From the NCBI GenBank assembly GCA_963716255.1, contig OY970303.1:3840001-3904000 (forward strand): a DNA stretch of 64,000 nucleotides, given 5' to 3'. Source of the stretch: an uncultured Gemmatimonadales bacterium (lineage in GTDB: Bacteria > Gemmatimonadota > Gemmatimonadetes > Longimicrobiales > Longimicrobiaceae). The translations under genes were made by a program, and so were the position numbers. Numbering within the stretch: position 1 is the first letter of the stretch; every line of letters starts with the position of its first letter. Below the pieces are notes generated by a model, which saw nothing but the letters and a program-made list of their open reading frames with translations, made no database searches and had not been told where the DNA came from. Below are positions 28,572 through 38,197 of the stretch, in pieces.

Positions 28572-29780
28572 GTGATCGTCGCGGACCGGCCCGGGGACCC
28601 CGGGCGCTCCCTCGCCGACGCGGTGCGGCTCGCCACCGAAGCGCCCGACGCCGAGCTCGCGCTGGACGGCATCCTCCAGGTCGCCGTCGCCTCTGCCCGG
28701 GCGCTCGCGGGCGCCCTGGTGGAAGCGGGGGAGCCGCGCGCGCGGGCGCTGCGCGGCTGGAGCCCGGAGCGCTTCGCCTCGCTGCTCGCCCCCGGCGCCC
28801 CCGTGGCGGAGGCGCTGGCGCGGCGCGAGGAGTGGATCGACCGTCCCCTGCTCGTTCCCGCGGGCGCCATCCCGGCCCCCGGCCCGGGCGGCCGTCCCGC
28901 CGCGCTCCTCGTGCTCCCGCTGCAGGTGCGCGCGCTCGCCGCCGGGGCGATGGTGCTCGCCGTTCCCGACGGCGCCCGGGAGGACGCGTGGGAGACCGCG
29001 CGGGGGTGCGCCGGGGTGGCCGCGCTGGTGCTGGAGCACGACCGCGCCTTCGAGGAGGCGCGCCTCGCCCGGCAGATGCGCGACCACTTCCTCACCGCTC
29101 TCAACCACGAGATCCGCACCCCCGCCCTGGCGCTCACCCTCAACGCCGACGTGCTGCGGAGCTACGACACCGCGACCCTCCCCCCGCACATCGCCAAGGT
29201 GATCGCCTCCACCCACACCGCGGTCACCACCGTGGTGCAGGTGCTGGAGGGAGTGCTCCAGCTGGGCGAGCGCGAGGCCGCCGACTCCGGTGCCGAGCTC
29301 GTGCACCCGCGCGAGGCCGTGCTCCAGCTCCTCCGCCGCGTGGAGCCCGCCGCCGACCGCAAGCACCTCCCCATCTCCCTGCGCGCCCAGCGCGACCTCC
29401 CGCCGCTCCAGACCGACCCGGTGCGCTTCTCCAAGATCCTGCTGCACCTGCTCTCCAACGCCATCAAGTACACCTCCGAAGGAGGGATCGAGGTGCGCGT
29501 AGAGCAGACCGCGCGCTGGAGCGCCGGGCGGCGGCGGCCGTTCCTGGCGGTGCGGGTGGTGGACAGCGGCCGCGGCATCGCGCGCGACCTCCTGGAGCAG
29601 ATGATGGAGCCCTTCACCCAGGTGGGCGACAGCGCCCGCACCGACTCGCACGTGCGCGGCGTGGGGCTGGGCCTGGCGCTGTCGCGGCGGCTGGCGCGGT
29701 CGCTGGGGGGCGACCTGCTCGTGGAAAGCGAGCCGGGCCGCGGGACCAGTGCGTCGCTGTTCCTTCCCTATCACCGGTAG
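28572..29780 (+). CDS. Cytoplasmic sensor histidine kinase (GAF-like, HisKA, HATPase)
   Basis: NHEIRTP, LSNAIKYT, DSGRG and GVGLGL motifs. Confidence 0.9.
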   Translation: MIVADRPGDPGRSLADAVRLATEAPDAELALDGILQVAVASARALAGALVEAGEPRARALRGWSPERFASLLAPGAPVAEALARREEWIDRPLLVPAGAIPAPGPGGRPAALLVLPLQVRALAAGAMVLAVPDGAREDAWETARGCAGVAALVLEHDRAFEEARLARQMRDHFLTALNHEIRTPALALTLNADVLRSYDTATLPPHIAKVIASTHTAVTTVVQVLEGVLQLGEREAADSGAELVHPREAVLQLLRRVEPAADRKHLPISLRAQRDLPPLQTDPVRFSKILLHLLSNAIKYTSEGGIEVRVEQTARWSAGRRRPFLAVRVVDSGRGIARDLLEQMMEPFTQVGDSARTDSHVRGVGLGLALSRRLARSLGGDLLVESEPGRGTSASLFLPYHR

Positions 29781-29806
29781 TCGGAACGGCTTTCGACGGC
29801 GGGGTC

Positions 29807-29934
29807 GGGCGTGCCCCCGGCTGGCGCCGGGGTCGGGCTTCGGCTCCGTAACGCACGATAAAACCGTGCGTAACGGAGTCGAGCCCCGGCAAACTGCGCC
29901 GGGTCTCGCCCCTTCGGGCCGGAATCCCTCACGC
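29807..29934 (+). repeat. Full copy of the ~128-nt structured repeat
   Basis: Same ends as the other copies; 26 nt after the kinase stop. Confidence 0.92.
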
Positions 29935-30249
29935 GGGCTCGCGCTGGCGTCTGCAGGAGCCCCCTCCCCCCGGTCCCTCCCCGGCGGAACGTCCGGCGGC
30001 GGCGTGGCCCGGCTGGGCGGCCGAGCCGCACCCTTAGCAGGCCGGAACGTCCCAATTTGGTGCAGACCTCCCAAATTAGTGCAACGCAACGCGGCGGGAG
30101 ATATCCGCCGCGTTCGGGCCAATGAAATGCCGTGCAGGCGTTTGCAGCGGTTGTCGGCGGCTGGCCCTCGCGGGCCTCGCGTGTGCACGCCCTGGCGCCA
30201 CCCCACCACAGTCGTGCCCTGGGGGAACCCGTGTCCTGGATGGATGCTT

Positions 30250-31803
30250 ATGCGAAACGCGCGTACCCTGGCAGTGGCCCTCGGCGCCGCAGCGGTGCTG
30301 GCCGCCTGCGACACCCCAACCCGATCGGCGGCGCCCGAGCCGCCGCCCGCCACCGCTTCGCGGCTGGACCCCATGTTCGCACGCGCCGCAAGCGAGTTCG
30401 GGGTCCCGGCGGACCTGCTCAAGGCGGTCGCCTTCACCGAAACCAGCTGGCAGTTCGCCCGCGGCGACGACGGCGACATGGAAGGGCTGGCGCCCGCGTA
30501 CGGCATCTTCGCGCTGCGCGGTGAGCGCCTGGAGCGGGGCGCCCGGCTGGCCGGGGTGAGCGTGGAGGCGGCCAGGACCGACGCCGAAGCCAGCATCCGC
30601 GCCGGCGCGGCGCTGCTGCGCTACGAGGGCGAGGCGCTGCGCGTGGCCGGGCCCGACCTGGGCGCCTGGGCACCGGCGGTGGCGCGCTTCAGCGGCATCC
30701 AGAACGACCAGGCCACGGCGGGCTACGTGCACAACGGCGTGTACCGCGCGCTGCGCGAGGGCGTGAGCGATGCGCCCGAGCAGGCGACGCTCGCGGCCCA
30801 CCCCGGCGTGGTGGCCACGACCGCGCGCCCCACGAGCGCCACCGCCTTCACCGCCGAGTACGCCCCGGCCATCTGGACCCCGTCCCCCAACTACGCCGCC
30901 GGCCGCTCCGGGTACTCCATCGCCCTGGTGGTGATCCACACCTGCGCCGGCAACTACAGCGGCTGCTGGAGCTGGCTCACCAACTCCGCGTCCGGCGTGT
31001 CGGCGCACTACGTGGTGGGCCAGACGGACATCGGCGGCGGCGTGACCGAGGTGCGCCAGCTGGTGGACGAGGACAACACCGCCTGGCACGTGGGCAAGAC
31101 CTGGCAGGGCTACCCCACCAACCCGCGCTCCGTTGGCATCGAGCACGGCGGCTTCTCGTACGGCAGCAACGGCTACGGCCCGTGGCCCGCGGTGCAGTAC
31201 AACACCTCCGCCGCGCTGACCTGCGACATCGTCAAGAGCCGTGGCATCATCCGCGACCGCGACCACATCATCGGCCACTACCAGCCGGACCCGGTGAACC
31301 GCGCGCACGACCCGGGGCAGGGCTTCCCCTGGGCGGACTACATGAGCAGGATCAACAGCTGCGTGGGCGGCGGCACCGGCGGAACGGCCATCACCGTGGA
31401 CAGCCACGCCGGGACCGGCGGCACCACGGCCCGCTTCTCCGCCTCGGCCAACTGGATCTCGTCCAGCGGCACGGCCGGCTACTACGGCTCGGGCTACTAC
31501 TACGCGAGCACCGCCGCGGTGAGCGACGCCGCCAATTTCGAGTTCTACCTGCCGGCCGCCGCCACCAAGGCGGTGTCCGCCTGGTGGACCTCCGGCACCA
31601 ACCGCTCGGCCACCGCGCCGTTCATCATGTACAACGCCGGCGGCACGGAGGTAGGGCGGCGCTCGGTGAACCAGCAGACGGGGGGCGGCGCCTGGCAGTC
31701 GCTGGGCAGCTACAGCTTCTCGGCCGGCTGGAACCGGGTCTCGCTTTCCCGGTGGACGACCACGGGGTACGTGGTGATCGCGGACGCGGTCAAGGTCGAG
31801 TAG
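30250..31803 (+). CDS. N-acetylmuramoyl-L-alanine amidase (Amidase_2) lipoprotein with a C-terminal golvesin-like carbohydrate-binding domain
   Basis: LAAC lipobox; VVIHT, SAHY, AWHVG, SVGIEH, GH and DPG motifs; C-terminal VIADAVK. Confidence 0.88.
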   Translation: MRNARTLAVALGAAAVLAACDTPTRSAAPEPPPATASRLDPMFARAASEFGVPADLLKAVAFTETSWQFARGDDGDMEGLAPAYGIFALRGERLERGARLAGVSVEAARTDAEASIRAGAALLRYEGEALRVAGPDLGAWAPAVARFSGIQNDQATAGYVHNGVYRALREGVSDAPEQATLAAHPGVVATTARPTSATAFTAEYAPAIWTPSPNYAAGRSGYSIALVVIHTCAGNYSGCWSWLTNSASGVSAHYVVGQTDIGGGVTEVRQLVDEDNTAWHVGKTWQGYPTNPRSVGIEHGGFSYGSNGYGPWPAVQYNTSAALTCDIVKSRGIIRDRDHIIGHYQPDPVNRAHDPGQGFPWADYMSRINSCVGGGTGGTAITVDSHAGTGGTTARFSASANWISSSGTAGYYGSGYYYASTAAVSDAANFEFYLPAAATKAVSAWWTSGTNRSATAPFIMYNAGGTEVGRRSVNQQTGGGAWQSLGSYSFSAGWNRVSLSRWTTTGYVVIADAVKVE

Positions 31804-31890
31804 GAAGGCAGGTGGAGGAAGTGCGGCCGGCCCGGACGGTCCGGGCCGGCCGCGCCGTACCCGGTGCAATCGATCCCCTTTCGAGCTTCA

Positions 31891-33075
31891 ATGCCCAACC
31901 GCTTCCGAGCCCTCCCGTTGTGTGTGCTGGCGCTGGGGGTGGCGGGGTGCCGTGCGGACGCGGACCCCGTCCCCGGCCGTCCCGCAGCACCTCCCCCGGC
32001 CGCTCTCCTCCCCGCCGATCCCGCGGACACGCTCTCGCTGGCCGAGCGCGACTCCATTCCCGGGAGCATCGCTTTCATCGCCGAGCGCGACGGGAACAAG
32101 GAGCTGTACTCCGTGCGGCCCACCGGCGGCGGCGAGCGGCGCCTGACGGAGCGGCCGGAGCAGGATTTCGTCGGCGACGTCCTCCGCGACGGGTCGGGAC
32201 TCCTGGTGATCTCGCTGGAGGGAGAGGGGCCGTCCCGGGTGGAGCGCTTCTGGGTGGCGGAGGACGGGGGCGGCCCCCTCCGCCCACTGGGGCCGCGCGG
32301 CGCGCTGATGCGCAACCCCAGCTGGGGGCCGGACGGCCGGTGGCTGGTCTACGAGTCCAACACCCGGGACGGGTACCGCGACATCTACCGCCTGGAACGC
32401 TCGACGGGGCGGGTGCGTCCGCTCACGCGCAACCCGGAGGGCAACTTCCGGCCGGTGGTGTCGCCGCGAGGCGACTGGGTCGTCTTCGGCTCCAGCCGCG
32501 ACAGCGTGTCGGAGCTGTACCGGATGCGTCCCGACGGAAGCGCCCAGGAGCGGATCACCCGCACCCCGCGCGACGAGTGGGGAGCGCGCTGGTCGTCGGA
32601 CGGCGGGCTGCTCGCCTTCCTGAGCGACCGGGACGGGAGCGACCGGGTGTACCTGAGCTACCCGGACGGCGAGGGTGTGCGCCGGCTCTCGGACGAGCCG
32701 CTCGACCCGCACGTGATGGAGGACAAGCCGGCGTGGGCGCCACGGGGCTTCGGGATCGCGTGGGTGCGCCGGACGCGGAACGAGCCGTCGCGCATCCTGG
32801 TCCGCGATGTCACCACCGGTTTCCGCGGTGAGGTGCGCGCCCGCGGGCTGGGATCGCTGGACGACCCGTCGTGGTCGCCGGATGGGCGCTACCTGGCGTT
32901 CACGCTGACCCGGGGCGACAGCGCGCAGGTATACGTGGCCCGCGCCGACGGCACCCGCCCCACGCGCGTCACCCATGCGCCCGGTCCCAACTGGTACCCG
33001 GTGTGGCTGGGAAATTTGAAGAAAGACGGTTTGGGCGTGCCCCCGCTGGCGCGGGGTCGGGCTTCGGCTCCGTAG
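31891..33075 (+). CDS. TolB-like PD40-repeat beta-propeller lipoprotein
   Basis: VAGC lipobox; repeated PSWxPDG and F.S.RDG motifs; last codons lie inside a repeat copy. Confidence 0.85.
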   Translation: MPNRFRALPLCVLALGVAGCRADADPVPGRPAAPPPAALLPADPADTLSLAERDSIPGSIAFIAERDGNKELYSVRPTGGGERRLTERPEQDFVGDVLRDGSGLLVISLEGEGPSRVERFWVAEDGGGPLRPLGPRGALMRNPSWGPDGRWLVYESNTRDGYRDIYRLERSTGRVRPLTRNPEGNFRPVVSPRGDWVVFGSSRDSVSELYRMRPDGSAQERITRTPRDEWGARWSSDGGLLAFLSDRDGSDRVYLSYPDGEGVRRLSDEPLDPHVMEDKPAWAPRGFGIAWVRRTRNEPSRILVRDVTTGFRGEVRARGLGSLDDPSWSPDGRYLAFTLTRGDSAQVYVARADGTRPTRVTHAPGPNWYPVWLGNLKKDGLGVPPLARGRASAP

Positions 33076-33159
33076 GGCTGCAAACGACGCAGCCCAACGG
33101 AGTCGAGCCCCGGCAAACTGCTGCCGGGTCTCGCCCCTTCGGGCCGAAATCCCTCACGC
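33033..33159 (+). repeat. Full copy of the structured repeat with one base pair deleted from hairpin 1
   Basis: CCCCGC-TGGC-GCGGGG versus CCCCGGC-TGGC-GCCGGGG in the other copies. Confidence 0.9.
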
Positions 33160-33400
33160 GAGTGTCGCGCTGGCGCCCGCAACCGGCTTTTGCCGCGCCA
33201 TTTGCATTCTGCACGCGGGCGGCGGCCGGCAGGACTCGGACCGGATGCGGTGGCCAAAGTGAAAATCTCAGTGCTGCAACGGTTTGCCGGAACGGTGGCG
33301 GTGTGGCGAGGCAGGGACGAAGATTTGCACCCTGCACGATGCGGTGTCCGAGAACCGTTCACGCTCGCGCTGCGGGCGAACCGATGAAGAAACGACTACG

Positions 33401-33694
33401 ATGGCGGGGCGGAAGATGCCGGATAGAGCGGCGGGCGTGCTGGGCGCGGGCGGGCGGCAGCGGCGCATTCCCAGCGCGGCGGAGATCCGCGCGGCCCCGG
33501 AGGTGTGCGCGCTGTGCGGCGGCTGGAGCCGCGGGACCTCGCTGCACTTCGAGCACGAGCGCCCCGGCGAGCGGGTGCGCCTGGAGATGCACCTGTGCAC
33601 CACCTGCGGCGACCGCATCGAGAAGCACCTGAAGCGGGCGATCCCCGTGCGCTCCATGGAGATCATCCCCACGGAGGACGAGGCGGCGGCGTAG
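33401..33694 (+). CDS. Small putative zinc-binding protein (CxxC...CxxC)
   Basis: CALC...HLCTTC; GC3-rich frame; terminator downstream; start uncertain. Confidence 0.65.
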   Translation: MAGRKMPDRAAGVLGAGGRQRRIPSAAEIRAAPEVCALCGGWSRGTSLHFEHERPGERVRLEMHLCTTCGDRIEKHLKRAIPVRSMEIIPTEDEAAA

Positions 33695-33725
33695 CCCCGC
33701 CGAGCGCCCCGTCGCCGAAAGCGAA

Positions 33726-33761
33726 GCGGCCCCGTGCACCAGCACGGGGCCGCCGTCTTTT
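33726..33761 (+). terminator. Intrinsic terminator
   Basis: 12-bp stem GCGGCCCCGTGC followed by a T-tract. Confidence 0.6.
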
Positions 33762-33783
33762 AATGCCGTCCATCCCGCCCCAC

Positions 33784-33821
33784 GCCGAAGCCCGACCCCG
33801 GCGCCAGCCGGGGGCACGCCC
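33784..33821 (-). repeat. Partial (5' part) copy of the structured repeat
   Basis: 38 nt identical to the repeat 5' end, 23 nt after the DGC stop. Confidence 0.8.
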
Positions 33822-33844
33822 AACCCTGTAGTCCGGTGCCGACC

Positions 33845-35224
33845 TCAGGCGGACGGCAGATCCCGCCGCCCCCGCTTGACCGTGTACAATTCCCGGTCCG
33901 CCTGCTCGATCAGGTCGTCCGCGGACTTCATGCTCGGATGGTACTCGGCGGCCCCCGCGCTCACTCGCGCACGCCCGTCCAGCCGCTCCTTGACGCGCCG
34001 GATCAGCGAGCGCGCCCCGGTGAGGTCCGTGCCGGGGAGAATGATGAGGAACTCGTCCCCGCCGAAGCGCACCGCCAGGTCGGCGCCGCGGATCTCCTCG
34101 CGCAGGCAGTCCGCCACCAGCCGCAGCACCCGGTCGCCCTCCAGGTGGCCGTACTCGTCGTTGATCCCCTTGAAGCCGTCCAGGTCCACCATCACCAGCG
34201 ACAGCGCGTCGCCCCGCTGTGCCGCGGCCAGGCTGTGCTTGAGCACCACCTGCATGTGCCGCCGGTTGGCGAGCCCGGTGAGCGGGTCGGTGAGCGAAAG
34301 GTCGCGCACCCGCTCGAAGAGCTGCACCCGCTCGATGGCGATCTCGGCCTGGGAGACCAGGACGCTGAGAAGGCTCCAGTCCTCCGGCTCGAACTGGCGC
34401 TCGCCCCGGCGCTCCACCAGGAAGAGGACGCCGCCCTTTTCCACCGGCACGTGGGCGAGCACGGCGGCGCCCGTCCGGTCGAAGAGCGGCGCGAGCGCGG
34501 CCAGCGGCGAGCCGGTGTCGCCCTGCGCCTCGGCGGCCTGGATCAGCCCCGGCCGGCGCAGGCGGGGATGCGCGCTGATGGCGAAGGCGCGCGCCTCGCA
34601 CGGCTTGGACGGGTGGTCCACGGCGGCGAAGCGCCCCTCGTCCTCGACCACCACCAGGAAGCTGGTGAACGCGCCCACCGTGCCCACGGCGTGCTGGAGA
34701 AGCGCTTCGTACACCTCGTGCAGCGTCCGCGCGGAGTTGAGCCGCTCGGAGAAGTTGATGAGCTGCTCCGCCAGGCGGAACTGCCTCCACTCGCGCAGGC
34801 GCTCCCGGCGCCACGCGGCGGCGCCGCTGGCGGCGCGCATCAGCAGGTCGTCGCCGCCGTCGCCCCGGGGGATGCGGCGGATGGCGGCCCCGGCGACCAG
34901 GATGGCGTCGCCCGTTCCCAGCTCCAGCAGCACGGCGGCGTCGTCGGCCTCCAGCTGCGGCTCGTCGCAGGGGGTGATGCGCATCCCCGGATCGGCCCCG
35001 ATCTCGTACCCGAGCAGCGCGGTCGCCGTCCCGGCGCCGGCCCCCGCGGGGAGGCGGGCCTCCCCGCCGTTGCCGGGGCGCCCCGCCAGCAGCAGCGGCA
35101 GGACGCGGTCGTCCACGCGGCGGAGGAGCCGGCTGGTCTCCCGGCCCGCTCCCCACGACGGGGTCCCACGGTGCGGCGCGTCTGTGCCGGTCAAGGTCAC
35201 GAGCGGGATTGCATGTGTGGACAC
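33845..35224 (-). CDS. GAF-GGDEF diguanylate cyclase
   Basis: DPLTGLANRR, DLDGFKGINDEYGH, RGAD I-site and RFGGDEF; GTG start with GGAG RBS (approximate). Confidence 0.92.
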   Translation of the reverse strand: MSTHAIPLVTLTGTDAPHRGTPSWGAGRETSRLLRRVDDRVLPLLLAGRPGNGGEARLPAGAGAGTATALLGYEIGADPGMRITPCDEPQLEADDAAVLLELGTGDAILVAGAAIRRIPRGDGGDDLLMRAASGAAAWRRERLREWRQFRLAEQLINFSERLNSARTLHEVYEALLQHAVGTVGAFTSFLVVVEDEGRFAAVDHPSKPCEARAFAISAHPRLRRPGLIQAAEAQGDTGSPLAALAPLFDRTGAAVLAHVPVEKGGVLFLVERRGERQFEPEDWSLLSVLVSQAEIAIERVQLFERVRDLSLTDPLTGLANRRHMQVVLKHSLAAAQRGDALSLVMVDLDGFKGINDEYGHLEGDRVLRLVADCLREEIRGADLAVRFGGDEFLIILPGTDLTGARSLIRRVKERLDGRARVSAGAAEYHPSMKSADDLIEQADRELYTVKRGRRDLPSA

Positions 35225-35394
35225 GGGCTGGCTCCGGACGGATCCTGGCTCGCGGCGTCCGGCTCCCAGTGTTGAAACGGGCTCCCGGAGGCTGCTCGCG
35301 CATAGGCCGGGGCACAGACGCCCCGGCCTGACGTGACGCGCCCCGGGCGACCAACCGACCGACCGGGGCTGCGCAGCCGTTCCATCCCGCCTCA

Positions 35395-35410
35395 AGCATT
35401 ACACGTGCCC
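35395..35410 (-). promoter_or_regulatory. Candidate sigma54 promoter GGGCACGTGTAATGCT for the DGC
   Basis: GGCACG-N4-ATGC; UAS-like TGTTGCAACCGCACCGCA at 35507-35524, 96 nt away. Confidence 0.62.
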
Positions 35411-35630
35411 GGTCCGGCACCACTCGCCGGGCGTGGGAAGCGCGTGCCGCGCCGCGGTTTATCCGTAGGGAGAAGAGCCGGAGGGGACGGGCGGGAGGCG
35501 GCGGACTGTTGCAACCGCACCGCAGGTAGCGGACAGATCCTCCACGGGCTCCGCGCCCGCCCCGCGGGACCCGGCGGCCGGGAAACGCGTGAGGCCCGGC
35601 AGTCGAAGCGATTGCCGGGCCTCACCACGT

Positions 35631-35652
35631 CGTAGCGCCCACTCCAGGACTC
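35631..35652 (-). repeat. 22-bp displaced tRNA-Asn 3' fragment (distal att site)
   Basis: CGTAGCGCCCACTCCAGGACTC is identical to 51318-51339; hairpin at 35589-35625 follows on the minus strand. Confidence 0.85.
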
Positions 35653-35671
35653 CGCTTTCCCCAAGCGGTCG

Positions 35672-36310
35672 TCACGTGCGGGCCTGGGGGAGCCGCCAGT
35701 TGGCGATGCGGCGCAGACCGCCGAGCATGGTGCCGGTGAGTACCGCGACAGCCTGGCCGAGCAGATACCACGTGGGGAGTGGCGCCCGGCTCGGGACCGG
35801 GAAGACGAGCGCGAGAAACGCCCAGGCGACGCCGAGGGCGAGCGCGGCGACCGCAGGGGCGCGGTGCTCGCGCCGCGACGCCATCCAGCCCCCCGCCGTC
35901 GCGACGGCGACGTAGCCCAGCAGCATGACGCCCAGCGTGAGGGTACCTGGCTGCGGGTCGTGCCACGGGAACGTGGTGGGGCCAGTCATCCGCTCGACCA
36001 CGGCCTCGACCCCGCTCAGCATCGCCCACAGGCTGATGCCGACGAGGCAGCATGTGGCGCCCACGAGCCCGGCGAGGCGCGCGGCATCGCGCGCGCGAAG
36101 GCGGGAGGTCCAGTTGTGCAGGAGGTATGGCGCCACGCGAAGCGCCTCCCGCCGGTACCAGCGACGCGCCGCCCGCTCGCCGCCGTCCGCGGCGCGGATG
36201 GCGAAGTCCTCGGCGAGGTCGCCGAGCAGCGCGTCGCGGAACTCCGGCTCGGCACCGAGCGCCTCGAGCAGCCGTTCGACGGTCTCGGGGGGCGTATGCG
36301 GCGTGATCAT
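35672..36310 (-). CDS. Membrane protein with a permease-prefix domain (PadR-associated)
   Basis: LLGDLAEDF...ARRWYRRE followed by TM helices; ATGA overlap with padR. Confidence 0.75.
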   Translation of the reverse strand: MITPHTPPETVERLLEALGAEPEFRDALLGDLAEDFAIRAADGGERAARRWYRREALRVAPYLLHNWTSRLRARDAARLAGLVGATCCLVGISLWAMLSGVEAVVERMTGPTTFPWHDPQPGTLTLGVMLLGYVAVATAGGWMASRREHRAPAVAALALGVAWAFLALVFPVPSRAPLPTWYLLGQAVAVLTGTMLGGLRRIANWRLPQART

Positions 36311-36642
36311 GCGGGCCTCGGGGTGATGGTGGTTCCGACGCCGGCCCAGACGCTCGCGGTGACGCGCTCCGCCTCACGCAGTGCGCGCCCACCGGTGCCC
36401 GTGAGCCTGAACTCGCGCCGCGCGCGCCCGCCGCGTACCGGAAGCGGCTCGGTCATGCGCGACGCGATCAGCCCTTTCGCCTCCAGCCGGCCCAGCGTCG
36501 TATAAATCGCGCCCACGGAGTAGTCGCGCCCCGTGCGCGCGGCCAAGTCGCGGCGGATCGCGAGGCCGTAGGCGTCGTCTCCCAGCCTTGCGACGGCGAG
36601 GAGGACCGTGAGCTCCAGCGGGCCGAGAGGCGTATTATTCAT
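36307..36642 (-). CDS. PadR family transcriptional regulator
   Basis: AYGLAI, GAIYTTLGRLEAKG and GGRARREFRLT motifs. Confidence 0.9.
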   Translation of the reverse strand: MNNTPLGPLELTVLLAVARLGDDAYGLAIRRDLAARTGRDYSVGAIYTTLGRLEAKGLIASRMTEPLPVRGGRARREFRLTGTGGRALREAERVTASVWAGVGTTITPRPA

Positions 36643-36662
36643 TGTTCTAACATGTAGAACAA
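36642..36662. promoter_or_regulatory. Probable PadR operator TTGTTCTA-ACATG-TAGAACAA
   Basis: Perfect 8-bp inverted repeat abutting the padR start codon. Confidence 0.65.
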
Positions 36663-36852
36663 ATTGGGGGTGCGCAAGGGGGCTGGGCAACACACGCAGG
36701 CTCGCGGCACCACGCCGCGATTTGCGCACGCGCCCTGGTCGTTCCCCCGTTCCCCTCCCATGGTCGTGGACCGGGCATGGGGACCGCAAGCAGGGGGAGA
36801 AATTTCCGCATGAGCAACCTATCCCACACCTATCCGGGGCAGACCGAGCCGT

Positions 36853-37332
36853 TCAGCGAGCTGGGGAAGCCGTTTTGTGACGCGGCGGGTGGCGGAGGTG
36901 GGATTGCTGCTCAGGAGTGTTTCTAGGCGGTGGTGGCGGATACCGCATTTCGACTAGGTGGGTCCGCGCAGCATATTCAAAGTACCACATCGCCCGAGCC
37001 AGGCGCGTCCCAGGGCGAGAACGGTTTTCCGAGAACGCCTGAAGCAGGTCCCGCAGCTCCTCCAGCTCTCCGCGTGATAGCCAGTCCCGTTCCGGGGTGC
37101 TCGTCCACGCGCTGGCGCCGAAGTCGGGTACCGGACCGGGAACGATCGTGTGGCGCCCGTTCAGGTCCCCGATCACCCGCAGTGTGTAGGCAAAAGTGAT
37201 GGAAAGTTGCCGGAGCGGGAAAGTCTCACTTTGAAACATTCGGATTCGCAACTGAATTAAACCCGAACCCGGCTGCATGAGCCGTGGAGTTTTCCGACCA
37301 GAACCTGAAAAGGCGCATGCAGTGGGCTGCAT
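36853..37332 (-). pseudogene. Probable truncated gene fragment (possibly HEPN/ApeA-associated)
   Basis: RLARAMWYFEYA segment followed by a degenerate Pro-rich tail; weak. Confidence 0.3.
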
Positions 37333-37669
37333 GCGCCTTCATTGCAGAGCTGATGATCGCAACCTTGTCTTGGTCGGTTTTCCTGCTCATGGACCGCGAT
37401 CCTACCTACCTCGAACCTGCGCCACCCGCGAGCAATGAGGCGATTGCCGTTTTGGCCGGTCTAGCGCGCCAGTCCGTTCTTCGTCGATGGGTGCAACATT
37501 GTATCCCAGGATCTCGGCCTCCTCTCGCTGAGGCCGGGACCGGTATGAACGAGGGAAGCAACCACGGGCTGCTTCCCATCGAGCTCCATCCACCCGGAAC
37601 GTCGGGGTTTACCCGGCCCTGCAATCAACCGACGCCGGGAAACGCGCCGTTCCGAACAACCGCCCGTCG

Positions 37670-37867
37670 TCACTTGCATTCGTAGTCGCACTGGCACCAG
37701 CCGCTCGAGTTGCAGCTCGCGTAGACCAGCTCGCACTGCAGGTTCGTAGGAGCCCCGCTCGGACGGGCAGAGCATCCAGCCCCAAACGCGGGCTCCGGCC
37801 GCATCGTGAGCACGGCGGCCCCAGCAACGACGACACTGAACAGGCCGAGATGAAGTGCTTTGTGCAT
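37670..37867 (-). CDS. Small secreted Cys-rich peptide (65 aa, 6 Cys)
   Basis: AGAGG RBS; basic-hydrophobic signal ending PAFG; six Cys in the ~35-aa mature part. Confidence 0.7.
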   Translation of the reverse strand: MHKALHLGLFSVVVAGAAVLTMRPEPAFGAGCSARPSGAPTNLQCELVYASCNSSGWCQCDYECK

Positions 37868-38197
37868 GGTGCCTCTGGGGAGAGATAATAAGAAGGGTCC
37901 TCCAGGTGAGATTGGCCAAATCTAATAGTGCATATTCGGCCACGACAAGAGCAGAGAATGTGCTCTCCCGGCAGAACGTAGCATGGCCGGAGCGGCCGCC
38001 GACCCGGCAGCGCAGGTCCACCTCGTCAGCGAGCGGGCGTGGCTGATGAGCATTCCGGGCCCAATGGGCACATCTTCTGTCGGAAGAGGTGTCGGTATAT
38101 TATTGATCTGCTCCCGAAAATCTCTATCTGCCTCCCTGGGGTACGCCGGTGTGCTGCCGGCCTCCCGCCCGCCACTCGTCCAGCCTCCCAAGAACCT

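Noticed and set aside
30131..30146. Sigma54 box upstream of the amidase (CGTGCAGGCGTTTGCA)
   Set aside because: Lacks GG at -24 and has no convincing UAS at the expected distance
37284..37685. 133-aa plus-strand ORF in island A
   Set aside because: No RBS or motif and it overlaps neighbouring ORFs on the other strand; cannot be supported
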